DNA of 64,000 bases from Eledone cirrhosa (lineage: Eukaryota), in the NCBI GenBank assembly GCA_964016885.1, contig OZ024761.1, positions 22,444,001-22,508,000 of the forward strand, given 5' to 3'. Below, in pieces: positions 25,721 to 40,730 of this stretch (position 1 is its first letter; the number at the start of each line of letters is the position of its first letter). A model generated the notes under the pieces. It searched no databases and was not told the origin of the DNA. It saw only the letters and a list, made by a program, of their open reading frames with translations. The position numbers and the translations under genes were made by a program.

Positions 25721-27180
25721 GTTTTAAAGGATGCAGAGTCTCTACAGCTAACAACTGATGCAGGTAGTTTGTTCCATGGAGGTTTTAAAGGATGCAGTGT
25801 CTCGACAGCTAACAACTGATGCAGGTAGTTTGTTCCATGGAGGTTTTAAAGGATGCAGAGTCTCTACAGCTAACAACTGATGCAGGTAGTTTGTTCCATG
25901 GAGGTTTTAAAGGATGCAGTGTCTCAACAGCTAACAACTGATGCAGGTAGTTTGTTCCATGGAGGTTTTAAAGGATGCAGAGTCTCTACAGCTAACAACT
26001 GATGCAGGTAGTTTGTTCCATGGAGGTTTTAAAGGATGCAGTGTCTCGACAGCTAACAACTGATGCAGGTAGTTTGTTCCATGGAGGTTTTAAAGGATGC
26101 AGTGTCTCGACAGCTAACAACTGATGCAGGTAGTTTGTTCCATGGAGGTTTTAAAGGATGCAGTGTCTCGACAGCTAACAACTGATGCAGGTAGTTTGTT
26201 CCATGGAGGTTTTAAAGGATGCAGTGTCTCGGCAGCTAACAACTGATGCAGGTAGTTTGTTCCATGGAGGTTTTAAAGGATGCAGTGTCTCTACAGCTAA
26301 CAACTGATGCAGGTAGTTTGTTCCATGGAGGTTTTAAAGGATGCAGTGTCTCGACAGCTAACAACTGATGCAGGTAGTTTGTTCCATGGAGGTTTTAAAG
26401 GATGCAGTGTCTCGGCAGCTAACAACTGATGCAAGTAGTTTGTTCCATGGAGGTTTTAAAGGATGCAGTGTTCAACAGCTAACAACTGATGCAGGTAGTT
26501 TGTTCCATGGAGGTTTTAAAGGATGCAGTGTCTCAGCAGCTAACAACTGATGCAGGTAGTTTGTTCCATGGAGGTTTTAAAGGATGCAGTGTCTCAGCAG
26601 CTAACAACTGATGCAGGTAGTTTGTTCCATGGAGGTTTTAAAGGATGCAGTGTCTCAGCAGCTAACAACTGATGCAGGTAGTTTGTTCCATGGAGGTTTT
26701 AAAGGATGCAGTGTCTCGACAGCTAACAACTGATGCAGGTAGTTTGTTCCATGGAGGTTTTAAAGGATGCAGTGTCTCGGCAGCTAACAACTGATGCAGG
26801 TAGTTTGTTCCATGGAGGTTTTAAAGGATGCAGTGTCTCTACAGCTAACAACTGATGCAGGTAGTTTGTTCCATGGAGGTTTTAAAGGATGCAGTGTCTC
26901 GACAGCTAACAATTGATGCAGGTAGTTTGTTCCATGGAGGTTTTAAAGGATGCAGTGACTCGACAGCTAACAACTGATGCAGGTAGTTTGTTCCATGGAG
27001 GTTTTAAAGGATGCAGTGTCTCTACAGCTAACAACTGATGCAGGTAGTTTGTTCCATGGAGGTTTTAAAGGATGCAGTGTCTCGACAGCTAACAACTGAT
27101 GCAGGTAGTTTGTTCCATGGAGGTTTTAAAGGATGCAGTGTCTCAGCAACTAACAACTGATGGAGATAGTTTGTACCATG
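25654..27180. repeat. 61-bp minisatellite (~25 copies) amplified from the CR1 ORF2 end
   Basis: The unit CATGGAGGTTTTAAAGGATGCAGTGTCTCGACAGCTAACAACTGATGCAGGTAGTTTGTTC matches the single-copy CR1 segment at 29062-29126. Confidence 0.93.
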
Positions 27181-27745
27181 GGGGCACTCGCAAAGTAAAC
27201 TCGTTAAATCAAGAAAATTTAATTTAACATGTCTAGTGATTCCATTTAAAGTGATTACAGTAATTTAAATATTAATTAAATAGTAATATATTTAATTGGA
27301 ACATCAATTAGTTTAGAGGAACGGACAAACATTTTAACAATAAACTTGATTTCCATTTTAAAAAATGTGAGCTACTTCTAACGGAATAGCTGGAGGGGGG
27401 GGGGGGGGGGGGTAGGGAGAGGGCATGTGTAAGATAGTTACATCAGAAAGATGGACTAACTTAAGTCATAGATAGTAAAATAAGGAGATAGAGAGGGTGT
27501 GTGTGTGAGAGAGAGAGGGCATGAAGGTGTTGGACTGTGTGAGAGAGTGTGTGTGTGTGTGTATATATGTGTGTATGTGAGGATGTATGTGAGATAGGTA
27601 GTGCAAGAGAAGCTGTTGGTGTATTTGTATGTGTATGCATCCACACACACACACACACACACACACACATGCATACATAATACATACATATATATATATA
27701 TATACAATATTAAATAAATGGAAACTATATTTATAAAACCATATT

Positions 27746-27811
27746 TATTTCATTATATATATTTCAGGGATATCATATTAACAATATGCTATGCCTTCCT
27801 CAGACAAAATA
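27746..27811 (-). ncRNA. Hammerhead ribozyme motif (family A variant)
   Basis: UAUUUUGU-CUGAGGA-AGG.c.AUA.g.CAUAUU-GUU-AAUAUG.a.UAU.c.CCU-GAAA-UAUAUA-UA-AUGAAAUA. Confidence 0.72.
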
Positions 27812-27917
27812 CAATATAAACAGTTTTATAGATAAATAGATTCGACATACCGTTATAATGGAAGTCGGTGTTATAACGGTATGTCGAATCTATTTATCTA
27901 TAAAACTGTTTATATTG

Positions 27918-27983
27918 TATTTTGTCTGAGGAAGGCATAGCATATTGTTAATATGATATCCCCGAAATATATATAATGAAATA
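27918..27983 (+). ncRNA. Hammerhead ribozyme motif (family A variant)
   Basis: Mirror copy of 27746-27811 with one change at the base of helix II. Confidence 0.68.
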
Positions 27984-28740
27984 AATATGGTTTTATAAAT
28001 ATAGTTTCCATTTATTTAATATTGTAAATATACTCCAAATATTTGTCGAGTGCTTTTATATCAGTTATAAATATTTACTAGTTGTAACCCAACAATTTTA
28101 AATATAACTTTCCATATATATATATATATATATGCAGAGGTTATATTTAATTTGTTGGGATTCAACAAGCTTAAACATTTTTATAACTGATATAAAGCAC
28201 TCAACAGTTTAGTGGAGTAAATATACAATATATTAATAAATGGAAACTATATTTATAAAACCATATTTATTTTATTATATATATTTCAATTATATATATT
28301 TAATTATATATATTTTAATTATATATATTTTAATTATATATATTTAATTATATATATTTAATTATATATATTTAAATAATTTATAATCCATAACATACAC
28401 ATCTAAACCAATATATTATTACTAATACATCTTAATATAATATAAATACTTCTCTTTTAATTTTAATTTTTAATTTTTTAATTTTTAATATTAATATTAA
28501 ATTAAATCTTTAATGTTAAGGCAAATTTTAATCTTTAATTTGATTTTTAATTTTTAATTTTAATCTAATTTTTCAACCTATCATTATAAATATTACAATC
28601 ACAACATAATGAACCATACAGTCTAAATATTATTCTTCCACGTTAATCTTATTTCTTCTTTCACTTCTTCTTTCACTTAGATATATTTACGCTATGTATA
28701 TTTTTCCATTAAAACTTATTTCTTTATTCACTCTGTCTAT

Positions 28741-29190
28741 AATAATAATAATAATGAAATTATTGTGTACAGTGCTCAGGTGCACTACAACTCATCAAAG
28801 GTGCATGTATAGTACATAGAATAATGTACAAATGTCAGGAAAATGAACAGTGTATGAGTCATGATATAATAATAATAACAATAATGAAATATTGTGTACA
28901 GTGCCCAGGTGCACCACAACTCATCAAAAAAGTCACATGTACAGTACATAGAGCAATACACAAACATCAGTAAAATGAACAGTGCACGAGTCATGATACA
29001 CACACGTGTGCATGTGTATGGAAGGGGTACATCAGGTGTAGTTTTGGCGTATTTCGGGAAGCATGAGTGTCTTAAAGGATGCAGTGTCTCGGCAGCCAAC
29101 AACCGACGCAGGCAGCCTGTTCCATGCTTCAGCAACTCTGAGTGTGAAAAAATGTCTACGAAAGTCATGGGAGCTGTGCTGTTTTCTGAT
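28741..29190 (-). mobile_element. CR1-clade LINE 3' fragment(s)
   Basis: The minus strand reads IRKQHSSHDFRRHFFTLRVAEAWNRLPASVVGCRDTASFKTLMLPEIRQNYT*, matching the FFxxRVxxxWNxLPxxVV...FK motif of the CR1 ORF2 end. There are two tandem 3' UTR plus (ATT)n tails. Confidence 0.82.
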
Positions 29191-29471
29191 CTATCTCCAC
29201 TATCACTATGTACAATCATTCTTTCTTTCCTCTTCTCTCTTTCTCCTTCCTTTTCTTTTTTCTCTCTCTCTTACATATCATCTTCTTCCAACAGTTTAAT
29301 TTAAATAAACCGTTATCTTTTCAACTTTTTGGACACTCATTTGCATACTCACTCATAACTTTGTATTACCCTCAATAAAATATTATCTCCACTATCCAGG
29401 AAGCTCCAACCGTTAAGGTTGTCGTTATTTTTTTTCCGGGTATGTCAATATTTATTTATAAAACAAATCTG

Positions 29472-29537
29472 TATTTTATCTGATGAAAGCGCACCATAAT
29501 TTGCCTTGGTTGCCCTTGAAATATATATAATAAAATA
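29472..29537 (+). ncRNA. Hammerhead ribozyme motif (family A)
   Basis: UAUUUUAU-CUGAUGA-AAGcGCACCA-loop-UGGuUGCcCUU-GAAA-UAUAUA-UA-AUAAAAUA has a perfect 8-bp helix I and a palindromic helix III. Confidence 0.78.
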
Positions 29538-29939
29538 AATATGGTTTTATAAATATAGTTTCCATTTATTAATATATTGTATATATATATATATATGTGT
29601 GTGTATGTGTGAGAACAAGCTGTTCCGTTGCTGGGATCCATTGTAAAACTCGTCGTAACTGACGAAGGTGTCATGGAGCCACACTTCCATTTTATATATA
29701 ACATTGGTTCGTGTATGAAGCAGTGAGGAAATTTGAGAAGCTGATGATGATTGTGATGGTAATGGTGATTGTGGTGGTGGTTAATTATCGGTGCTTAATC
29801 GCATTAATTCCGTTTGTAACGAGCAACTGTTATTGCTCACGCTATGTAGTAAACATGTGTTCTCTCCCTCTCTTATTCACCCCCCCCCCCCCCTCTCTCT
29901 CCCTCTCTTATTCACCCCCCCCCCCTCTCTCTCTCCCTC

Positions 29940-29971
<32 letters not shown>

Positions 29972-30345
29972 TATATATACACACCACACACATATATACA
30001 TACATATATATACACATACATACACACATATATATATATCGTGCTGGACATGTTGGTTTAGATTAAAGGAAGTGGAATTTTGGAGACACTTAAACAACAA
30101 TATTGATTACTACAGACTCTCTCTCTCTCTCTCTCTCTCTGTGGGAGGGTCATGGCTGGATGAACATATAGGATAAAATAGCATGCTCTAATGGCTAATG
30201 GATCCATGAATCATCTCCAGTTATTAGCTGTTGAACATTGTGTCTAGAGCTAAGGTAGACATAGGCTGTCTTGTTAGCTCAGCTTACTTACCTGTAAATA
30301 GGTTATTGATAATTAATAAGTGTTTATTTTAAACCTTTTGATGAG

Positions 30346-33315
30346 AAAACACCTGTAACTTACCTCTAGTCCTATGATACTACCAAAACACCTGTAACTT
30401 ACCTCTAGTCCTATGATACTACCAAAACACCTGTAACTTACCTCTAGTCCTATGGTACTACCAAAACACCTGTAACTTACCTCTAGTCCTATGATACTAC
30501 CAAAACACCTGTAACTTACCTCTAGTCCTATGATACTACCAAAACACCTGTAACTTCCCTCTAGTTCTATGGTACTACCAAAACACCTGTAACTTACCTC
30601 TAGTCCTATGATACTACCAAAACACCTGTAACTTACCTCTAGTCCTATGATACTACCAAAACACCTGTAACTTCCCTCTAGTTCTATGGTACTACCAAAA
30701 CACCTGTAACTTACCTCTAGTCCTATGATACTACCAGAACACCTGTAACTTACCTCTAGTCCTATGATACTACCAAAACACCTGTAACTTACCTCTAGTC
30801 CTATGATACTACCAAAACACCTGTAACTTACCTCTAGTCCTATGATACTACCAGAACACCTGTAACTTACCTCTAGTCCTATGGTACTACCAAAACACCT
30901 GTAACTTACCTCTAGTCCTATGATACTACCAAAACACCTGTAACTTACCTCTAGTCCTATGATACTACCAAAACACCTGTAACTTACCTCTAGTCCTATG
31001 GTACTACCAAAACACCTGTAACTTACCTCTAGTCCTATGATACTACCAAAACACCTGTAAGTTACCTCTAGTCCTATGGTACTACCAGAACACCTGTAAC
31101 TTACCTCTAGTCCTATGATACTACCAAAACACCTGTAACTTACCTCTAGTCCTATGGTACTACGAAAACACCTGTAACTTACCTCTAGTCCTATGATACT
31201 ACCAAAACACCTGTAACTTACCTCTAGTCCTATGATACTACCAAAACACCTGTAACTTCCCTCTAGTTCTATGGTACTACCAAAACACCTGTAACTTACC
31301 TCTAGTCCTATGATACTACCAAAACACCTGTAACTTACCTCTAGTCCTATGATACTACCAAAACACCTGTAACTTCCCTCTAGTTCTATGGTACTACCAA
31401 AACACCTGTAACTTACCTCTAGTCCTATGATACTACCAAAACACCTGTAACTTACCTCTAGTCCTATGATACTACCAAAACACCTGTAACTTACCTCTAG
31501 TCCTATGATACTACCAGAACACCTGTAAGTTACCTCTAGTCCTATGGTACTACCAAAACACCTGTAACTTACCTCTAGTCCTATGATACTACCAAAACAC
31601 CTGTAACTTACCTCTAGTCCTATGATACTACCAGAACACCTGTAAGTTACCTCTAGTCCTATGATACTACCAAAACACCTGTAACTTACCTCTAGTCCTA
31701 TGATACTACCAGAACACCTGTAACTTATCTCTAGTCCTATGGTACTACCAAAACACCTGTAACTTACCTCTAGTCCTATGGTACTACCAAAACACCTGTA
31801 ACTTACCTCTAGTTCTATGGTACTACCAAAACACCTGTAACTTACCTCTAGTCCTATGGTACTACCAAAACACCTGTAACTTACCTCAAGACCAAAACAC
31901 CTGTAACTTACCTCAAGACCAAAACACCTGTAACTTACCTCAAGACCAAAACACCTGTAACTTACCTCTAGTTCTATGATACTACCAAAACACCTGTAAC
32001 TTACCTCAAGACCAAAACACCTGTAACTTACCTCTAGTCCTATGATACTACCAAAACACCTGTAACTTATCTCAAGACCAAAACACCTGTAACTTACCTC
32101 TAGTTCTATGATACTACCAAAACACCTGTAACTTACCTCAAGACCAAAACACCTGTAACTTACCTCTAGTCCTATGATACTACCAAAACACCTGTAACTT
32201 ACCTCTAGTTCTATGATACTACCAAAACACCTGTAACTTACCTCTAGTCCTATGGTACTACCAAAACACCTGTAACTTACCTCAAGACCAAAACACCTGT
32301 AACTTACCTCTAGTCCTATGGTACTACCAAAACACCTGTAACTTACCTCTAGTCCTATGGTACTACCAAAACACCTGTAACTTACCTCAAGACCAAAACA
32401 CCTGTAACTTACCTCTAGTCCTATGGTACTACCAAAACACCTGTAACTTACCTCAAGACCAAAACACCTGTAACTTACCTCTAGTCCTATGATACTACCA
32501 GAACACCTGTAACTTACCTCTAGTTCTATGATACTACCAAAACACCTGTAACTTACCTCTAGTCCTATGATACTACCAAAACACCTGTAACTTACCTCTA
32601 GTTCTATGATACTACCAAAACACCTGTAACTTACCTCTAGTCCTATGATACTACCAAAACACCTGTAACTTACCTCTAGTCCTATGGTACTACCAAAACA
32701 CCTGTAACTTACCTCTAGTCCTATGATACTAGCAAAACACCTGTAACTTACCTCAAGACCAAAACACCTGTAACTTACCTCTAGTCCTATGATACTACCA
32801 AAACACCTGTAACTTACCTCTAGTCCTATGGTACTACCAAAACACCTGTAACTTACCTCTAGTCCTATGATACTACCAAAACACCTGTAACTTACCTCTA
32901 GTCCTATGGTACTACCAAAACACCTGTAACTTACCTCTAGTCCTATGATACTACCAAAACACCTGTAACTTACCTCTAGTCCTATGATACTACCAAAACA
33001 CCTGTAACTTACCTCTAGTCCTATGATACTACCAAAACACCTGTAACTTACCTCTAGTCCTATGATACTAGCAAAACACCTGTAACTTACCTCAAGACCA
33101 AAACACCTGTAACTTACCTCTAGTCCTATGATACTACCAAAACACCTGTAACTTACCTCTAGTCCTATGATACTACCAAAACACCTGTAACTTACCTCTA
33201 GTTCTATGATACTACCAAAACACCTGTAACTTACCTCTAGTCCTATGATACTACCAAAACACCTGTAACTTACCTCTAGTTCTATGACACTACCAAAGCA
33301 CCTGTAACTTACCCC
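30346..33315. repeat. 39-bp minisatellite (~3 kb) with 27-bp deletion variants in the distal half
   Basis: Unit ACCAAAACACCTGTAACTTACCTCTAGTCCTATGATACT. The short unit ending ...TTACCTCAAG appears only after about 31860. Confidence 0.95.
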
Positions 33316-34091
33316 TGATCACCAAAATCTGCCCAGTGATTCTGTCCTCCGATATTCTAGACATGTCCATAAGGGATTTTGTAATATAATTATGGTTTAA
33401 TATAAGAACCATATAAGTTACTTAGTTGCTGCTGAAATAATTTATTTTTTTGTAAATTTCTTCATTAATTAATTGAAATACAGTGTTCTTGTTTAAATTT
33501 AATTCTTCCAACGTAATTTTATATAAGAACCAGATGTTAACTTAGTAACTTAGTATACCTATGTAACTAATTATTCTCGTTAATCTTTCAAAATTCCTAA
33601 TTAATTAATTAATTAATTGAAACAGTATTTCATTAGATCAGGGTACATTATTATGGGAAGTTTTTAATAAAGCTTGTAGGGGAAATAATCCATTTTTAAT
33701 CAAAACATTTTTACACTTAACGTTTTCTAATTATCTCCCTTGATATGGACGGGGATGTATTTATTTATTTATTTTTTGTCCGGTGGAGTGTGGGTGAGGG
33801 GGGGGTGCTCCTCAAGTTAACCTGAATTATAAAAATAAAAGTTAGTATTAATATGTTAATTAACGAGGATGATATTTAGTTGCTTTATTCTAGATGGTTG
33901 TCACACTCGTCTTATGTAGCTGTCCCACCCTCTCTCTTTCTACACATTCTATGTTGCACACACACATGCATGATAGATAGCTGTTACACACACACACACA
34001 TAGCTGTTGCACACACACACACTCTCTCTCACACACTCTCTCTCTCACTCTCACACACACACACTCTCTCTCTCACACACACACACACACA

Positions 34092-34125
<34 letters not shown>

Positions 34126-34444
34126 CTCTCTCTCACTCACACACACACACTCTCTCTCACTCACACACTCACACACACACTCTTTCACACCTACACTTAT
34201 CCTAAACCTGCTTTCTCCCCCACCACCTCTCTCTCCCCCCTCTCTCTCTTCTCCCTCCCCCTCTCTCTTCTCTCTCTCTACCCCCTCTCTCTTCTCTCTC
34301 TCTACCCCCTCTCTCTCTAACCCCCCTCTAACTCTCCCTCCCTTCCCCGTACTCCCCTTTCTCTTCCTCTTCCCTCTCTATCCCTCTCCCTCTCTCACAC
34401 AACCTAGATAACTGTCACACACATAGACAAACATGTTCCAATGT

Positions 34445-34504
<60 letters not shown>

Positions 34505-34674
34505 CCTCTCTGCAACCATTCACATGTATGTTTTGATGTCGACCATCAAACCCTGACCTTGCCTGTATATCCCTACCCCCTGTCTATCCCCAATCCCACC
34601 CTCTTAACATCACCTTTGACCCCCCACCCTTCATAACTCATCACCATCTGGAACCTTGTTAAATATTTCTACAA

Positions 34675-34763
<89 letters not shown>

Positions 34764-34781
34764 CACACATACACACACTGA

Positions 34782-34882
<101 letters not shown>

Positions 34883-34903
34883 GCACACATACACACACTG
34901 ATA

Positions 34904-34987
<84 letters not shown>

Positions 34988-35564
34988 AAAGAAAACAAGG
35001 ACGATTGGTTCCACTAGCATTTCAAGGGGTCCATCGAGGTGCGGATTACAGAGTCGGGTTAGATCGATACAGATCGAACCTTGAGCTGATCAGCGGTGAA
35101 ACATGCTTCACCAACCAATAAATGTAATGAAGGAGTAACCAATCGTCCTTGTTATCTTTTTCACCAGAATACACTCTGTCTAGCTCTACACCTCGACACT
35201 GGAGTGAACCTAAACATGGAGTGCCTACCCGGGTGAACCTACAGTAACTCCAAGTTACACTCCCTGGGTATATATATGTGTGTGTATGTGTGTATGTGTG
35301 TATGCTACATTAAAAGAATACTTGGAATCCGGCCTCATGTTGTTTTATTAAAGATTCAACCCCATTCCTCTCCCAACCACGAGGTACCACATCTACTGCC
35401 GGTGAATTACATAATGTTGAGTGCTTTAACTTATTACATCGCAGTTTACTAACCGGAATGACCAGATCTACCCATTGGTAAACCATACAACATAAATGGT
35501 GTGTATATATATATATATATACATTATATATATATATATATACATTATATATATATATATATAC

Positions 35565-35611
<47 letters not shown>

Positions 35612-35827
35612 TAGTTAAGCAAAACAAGACCACAAACTTCACAAGGAAGACATTATTAAAAGATTGTCAACATATTTTAGTTTGATGTAAGGAATGTAGA
35701 GAATAATAATAATAATATTAATAATAATAATGCCTGTACACTTTGGCTTCTAACTAACTCACCAATCTCTCCTCTCATATCTCCTCTCCTATCTCCATCT
35801 CTCTCTTTAAGATTGGTTACTCTTGAA

Positions 35828-35889
<62 letters not shown>

Positions 35890-36521
35890 ATTACTCTTTT
35901 ACTCTTAAACCTGTTCCAGCCATCTGGCTGAGACCATGCTGGGGCACTACCCTTGTATGTATGTATTCTACTGTAGTCTCCACCAATCACTACCTTGTGA
36001 ATGAATTTGGTACATGTAAATTGTATAAAAGCTTGTGTGTGTGTGTCAGCCACTGTGTAAGTGTATGTGTGTGTGTGTGAGCCTCTATGTGCGTTTGTGT
36101 GTGTGTGTGAGCCTCTATGTGTGTTTGTGTGTCAGCCCCTGTGAGTTTGTGTGTGTCAGCCTCTATGTGTGTGTGTGGTGTGTCAGTTGCAGCCATACCC
36201 TATCCCTGTGGGGGCTGAGTAAATTGAACAGTCAGTCTAGGTGTGTTAAGTAAACACTCCCTCCCCCCATCATTAATTATGTAGAGAGGCCAGTCTCTGT
36301 TTCCATGGTTACATTATCATAAGTTTCACCTACCTTACCTGTATATTTACCTGTCCAGTCAAGGGAGATAACCAGAAATCCTGCCATTAGTTCCCAGTCT
36401 CAGGTAGACAGAAGTCTGACTAATTCTCAACATTAATCTCTTTATCTCAGAAATTACACAAAATATGTGGAGGGGGGGGGGGGTCATGTATAGTTTTGTT
36501 TGCAGGTGTTTAGAAACGTGT

Positions 36522-37118
<597 letters not shown>

Positions 37119-37342
37119 TCATCATCATCATCGTTTAACGTCCATCTTCCACGTTTGCATGGGTTTGGAATATAACATATATATATATATAACATATATA
37201 TATATATATATAACATATATATATATATATATATATACCTATAAACAGGCACATACATATATATATATTTATACATGCATCCACTAACAGATGTATACTG
37301 ACATATATACATACACCAACCAATGTATATACACACACACAC

Positions 37343-37394
<52 letters not shown>

Positions 37395-37551
37395 GTTTAT
37401 ATATATATATATACCCTTGCAAGCAGGGAAAAGCGGACGTAAAATGATGATGATGATGATATATACACACATACACACACACACACATTTATATATATAT
37501 ACACACACACACATTTATACATATATATATATATATACACACATACTCGCT

Positions 37552-37582
<31 letters not shown>

Positions 37583-37760
37583 TAATATCATCATGACGTA
37601 ACCATGGTAACAGAGACAGTTGGCTGTACGTAATTAATGATGTAACCAAGGTAACAGAGACAGTGACCTGTACATAATGAATGACATGTTGGCATGGAGA
37701 TGGAAGGTCTACATACCAGGGTCTGTTGTTAGCTGTCGGGCGGGGTGGGGGGTGGGGGTG

Positions 37761-38352
37761 ACACTGCATCCTTCAAAACTTCCATGTTACCTGAAATTCA
37801 CCAACACTACACCTGATATCCCCCCCCCCCCCCATACAATATATGTCTGTCTGTCTGTGTGTAGATCATGACTCACACACTGTTCGCTTTCCTGACATGG
37901 CAGTATCGGTAGAGGGTCGGACGCCATGCTTTGCAGCTTAGAGTTACGGCCCTTTACGGTCTGAGTTCAAATCCCGCCGAGGTTAACTTTGCCTTTCATC
38001 CTCACGGGGGTCGATAAAATAAAGTACCAGTAATGCACGGGGGTAATAACATTCGCATTACTCTATATATATACTATTGTATTTTAATTATCTCACATAA
38101 TATCAAATCCATGAGTTCTTTATGTTATTTATTTTGAGAACAATACCTTAACATCAGTATGAACGACCAGTTATGGCCTGTTTGAGCAGAAGGAGATGAG
38201 AGAATTCTGGCCGGATATGGCTGGTTAAAATGCTAAAGCGTTAAGTTATGTTCCACACACCAGCTTAATAATTATTCTATGTACTATACATGCACCTTTG
38301 ATGAGTTGTAGTGCACCTGAGCACTGTACACAATAGTTTTCATTATTTCATT
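37761..38352 (+). mobile_element. CR1 3' end split by a nested Meta-type SINE (37898-38045), a TTAA-MITE fragment (38050-38244) and a short further repeat piece
   Basis: 37761-37898 and 38272-38352 are consecutive parts of the CR1 3' end seen antisense at 28741-29090. Confidence 0.7.
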
Positions 38353-38539
38353 ATAAACATATGTAGAGACTTTTACATACTCTACACACATAAAAACACA
38401 GACAGTTACCTACTTCTTATTACTTATATATACAAATATTTAGATGTCAGGTGGTTTATGGCGGGGGGGGGGGGGGCTAAGAGCTGTGATAACATTTACA
38501 TTAATGGCTGTTTATATACACAAACATATACATACATTC

Positions 38540-38578
38540 ACCTACTAACAGATGTATATAAACAGGTCTATACTGATT

Positions 38579-38617
<39 letters not shown>

Positions 38618-39105
38618 TAACAGATATATATAAACAAGTGTATATATACATATATACATCTACTAACAGATATATATAAACAAGTGTATATATATATATA
38701 TATACATACCTACTAACAGCTGTATATAAACAAGTGTATATATACATATATACATCTACTAACAGATGTATATAAACAAGTGTATATATACATATATACA
38801 TCTACTAACAGATGTATATAAACAAGTGTATATATATATATATACATCTACTAACAGATGTATATAAACAAGTGTATATATACCTATACACATCTACTAA
38901 CAGATATATATAAACAAGTGTATATATATATATACACACCTACTAACAGATGTATATAAACAAGTGTATATATACCTATACACATCTACTAACAGATATT
39001 TATAAACAAGTGTATATATATATATATACACACCTACTAACAGATGTATATAAACAGGTATATACTGACATATATACATATAAATATATACTAACAGATA
39101 CACTG
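38540..39105. repeat. ~46-bp degenerate minisatellite with a (TA)n core
   Basis: Repeated CTACTAACAGATGTATATAAACAAGTGTATATA... Confidence 0.85.
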
Positions 39106-39342
39106 GATGTAAACATACTGAGTGTATGTGTATAAACAAACACACTCATATATATGTGTGTGTGTGTATATATATATACACACACAGTTGTGTATATATA
39201 TACAGTTGTGTGTATAAATGGAAAAGAGCCATCAACACATACTGTGGAAGCTGAGAATTCATGTTAAGTTTGACCTAACTCACACAACACACACATATAC
39301 ATACATCATATACATATACACACATACACACACACAAATACG

Positions 39343-39387
<45 letters not shown>

Positions 39388-39427
39388 ATATACATACATA
39401 CGCGCTCATACACATACACACACAAAT

Positions 39428-39472
<45 letters not shown>

Positions 39473-39730
39473 CAGGCATATACAGACATATATACATACA
39501 TACATATATACACACAACACAGACATATATATATATATATATACAGGCATATACAGACATATATACATACATACATACATATATACACACAACACAGACA
39601 TATATATATATATATAGGCATATACAGACATATATACATACATACATACATATATACACACAACACAGACATATATATATATAGGCATATACAGACATAT
39701 ATACACACATACATATATACACACAACACA

Positions 39731-39822
<92 letters not shown>

Positions 39823-40395
39823 CATATATATATATATATATACACACACACAGACATATGTATGGATTAGAAATGCTGTAAGTCTTTCTGACAATGGAAG
39901 TATGAAAGCTGCTTCATGTAATGCACACGCGTTAAAAATCTGTTGACATTTGGAAATCTAAAGAACTTTCTATGTTAAATGTGGCAGAGAGAGAGCTTCC
40001 AAGTGCAGCCTCAACCATAAACAGAAGGAACATGCAGTGATTAGCGACATCTACTTGATGCAGCAGATGCTGTGTGTGTGTGTGCGCACTGAAATGCACA
40101 ACGTGCGCATATATGAATAATAAATCTAAATCGGAAGGTTTTCTTGTTTTTAAGCTCGGAAAGTGAGTAAGTAGGAAAAGATGATGAGCTGTCTATCGCA
40201 AAGATTTACTGATTCTACGACTGCTGCTACTGTTAGAGTGATAAAGCTAAGCTGAGGGTGAGGAAAGAATGGCTTAGGAGATGGAAGATAAGGTATAGAT
40301 GATGGAGACTGGGTAACAACAGATCTTCTTGAGGGTTGTATATCTCTGAAGTAGAAACTGGAGGAAGATAAAGAATGAGAAATAATTAAATAATT

Positions 40396-40582
40396 GTTTC
40401 TACTATTGGCACAAGGCCAGCAATTACCCAGTACATTACTGGTACTTTATTTAATCGACCCCGTAAGGATAAAAGGCAAAGTCAACCTCGGCGGGATTTG
40501 AACTCAGAATGGCAAGGGCCGTAACTCTATGCGTCAAAGCATGACGTCCGACCCTCTACCGATACTGCCAATTCACCGCCCT
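40396..40582 (-). mobile_element. Full-length Meta-type tRNA SINE with TSD
   Basis: Starts GGGCGGTGAATTGGCAGTATCGG on the minus strand. Flanked by AATAATTAAATAATT at 40381-40395 and 40584-40598. Confidence 0.85.
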
Positions 40583-40730
40583 TAATAATTAAATAATTAA
40601 ATAATTAAATAATGAATGTAAGGGAAAGGTATTGGGTAAGGGTGGCAGACTACACCCCCTAGTCTAGGTGGTACATCTCAGGTACATTCCTGTGGACATG
40701 ATATTGGAGACATTGTCTTAGAGAACAACT

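Larger units (their letters stand above)
27704..28115. mobile_element. Fold-back Penelope-like element (family A variant) with 155-bp arms
   Basis: Near-perfect inverted repeat at 27704-27858 and 27871-28025 with a 12-bp spacer, then a 3' extension, all within (TA)n. Confidence 0.72.

Noticed and set aside
29650-29695. Hammerhead at CTGACGA-AGGTGT...ACACTT
   Set aside because: There is no GAAA or UH after the stem, so it is at most a truncated remnant.
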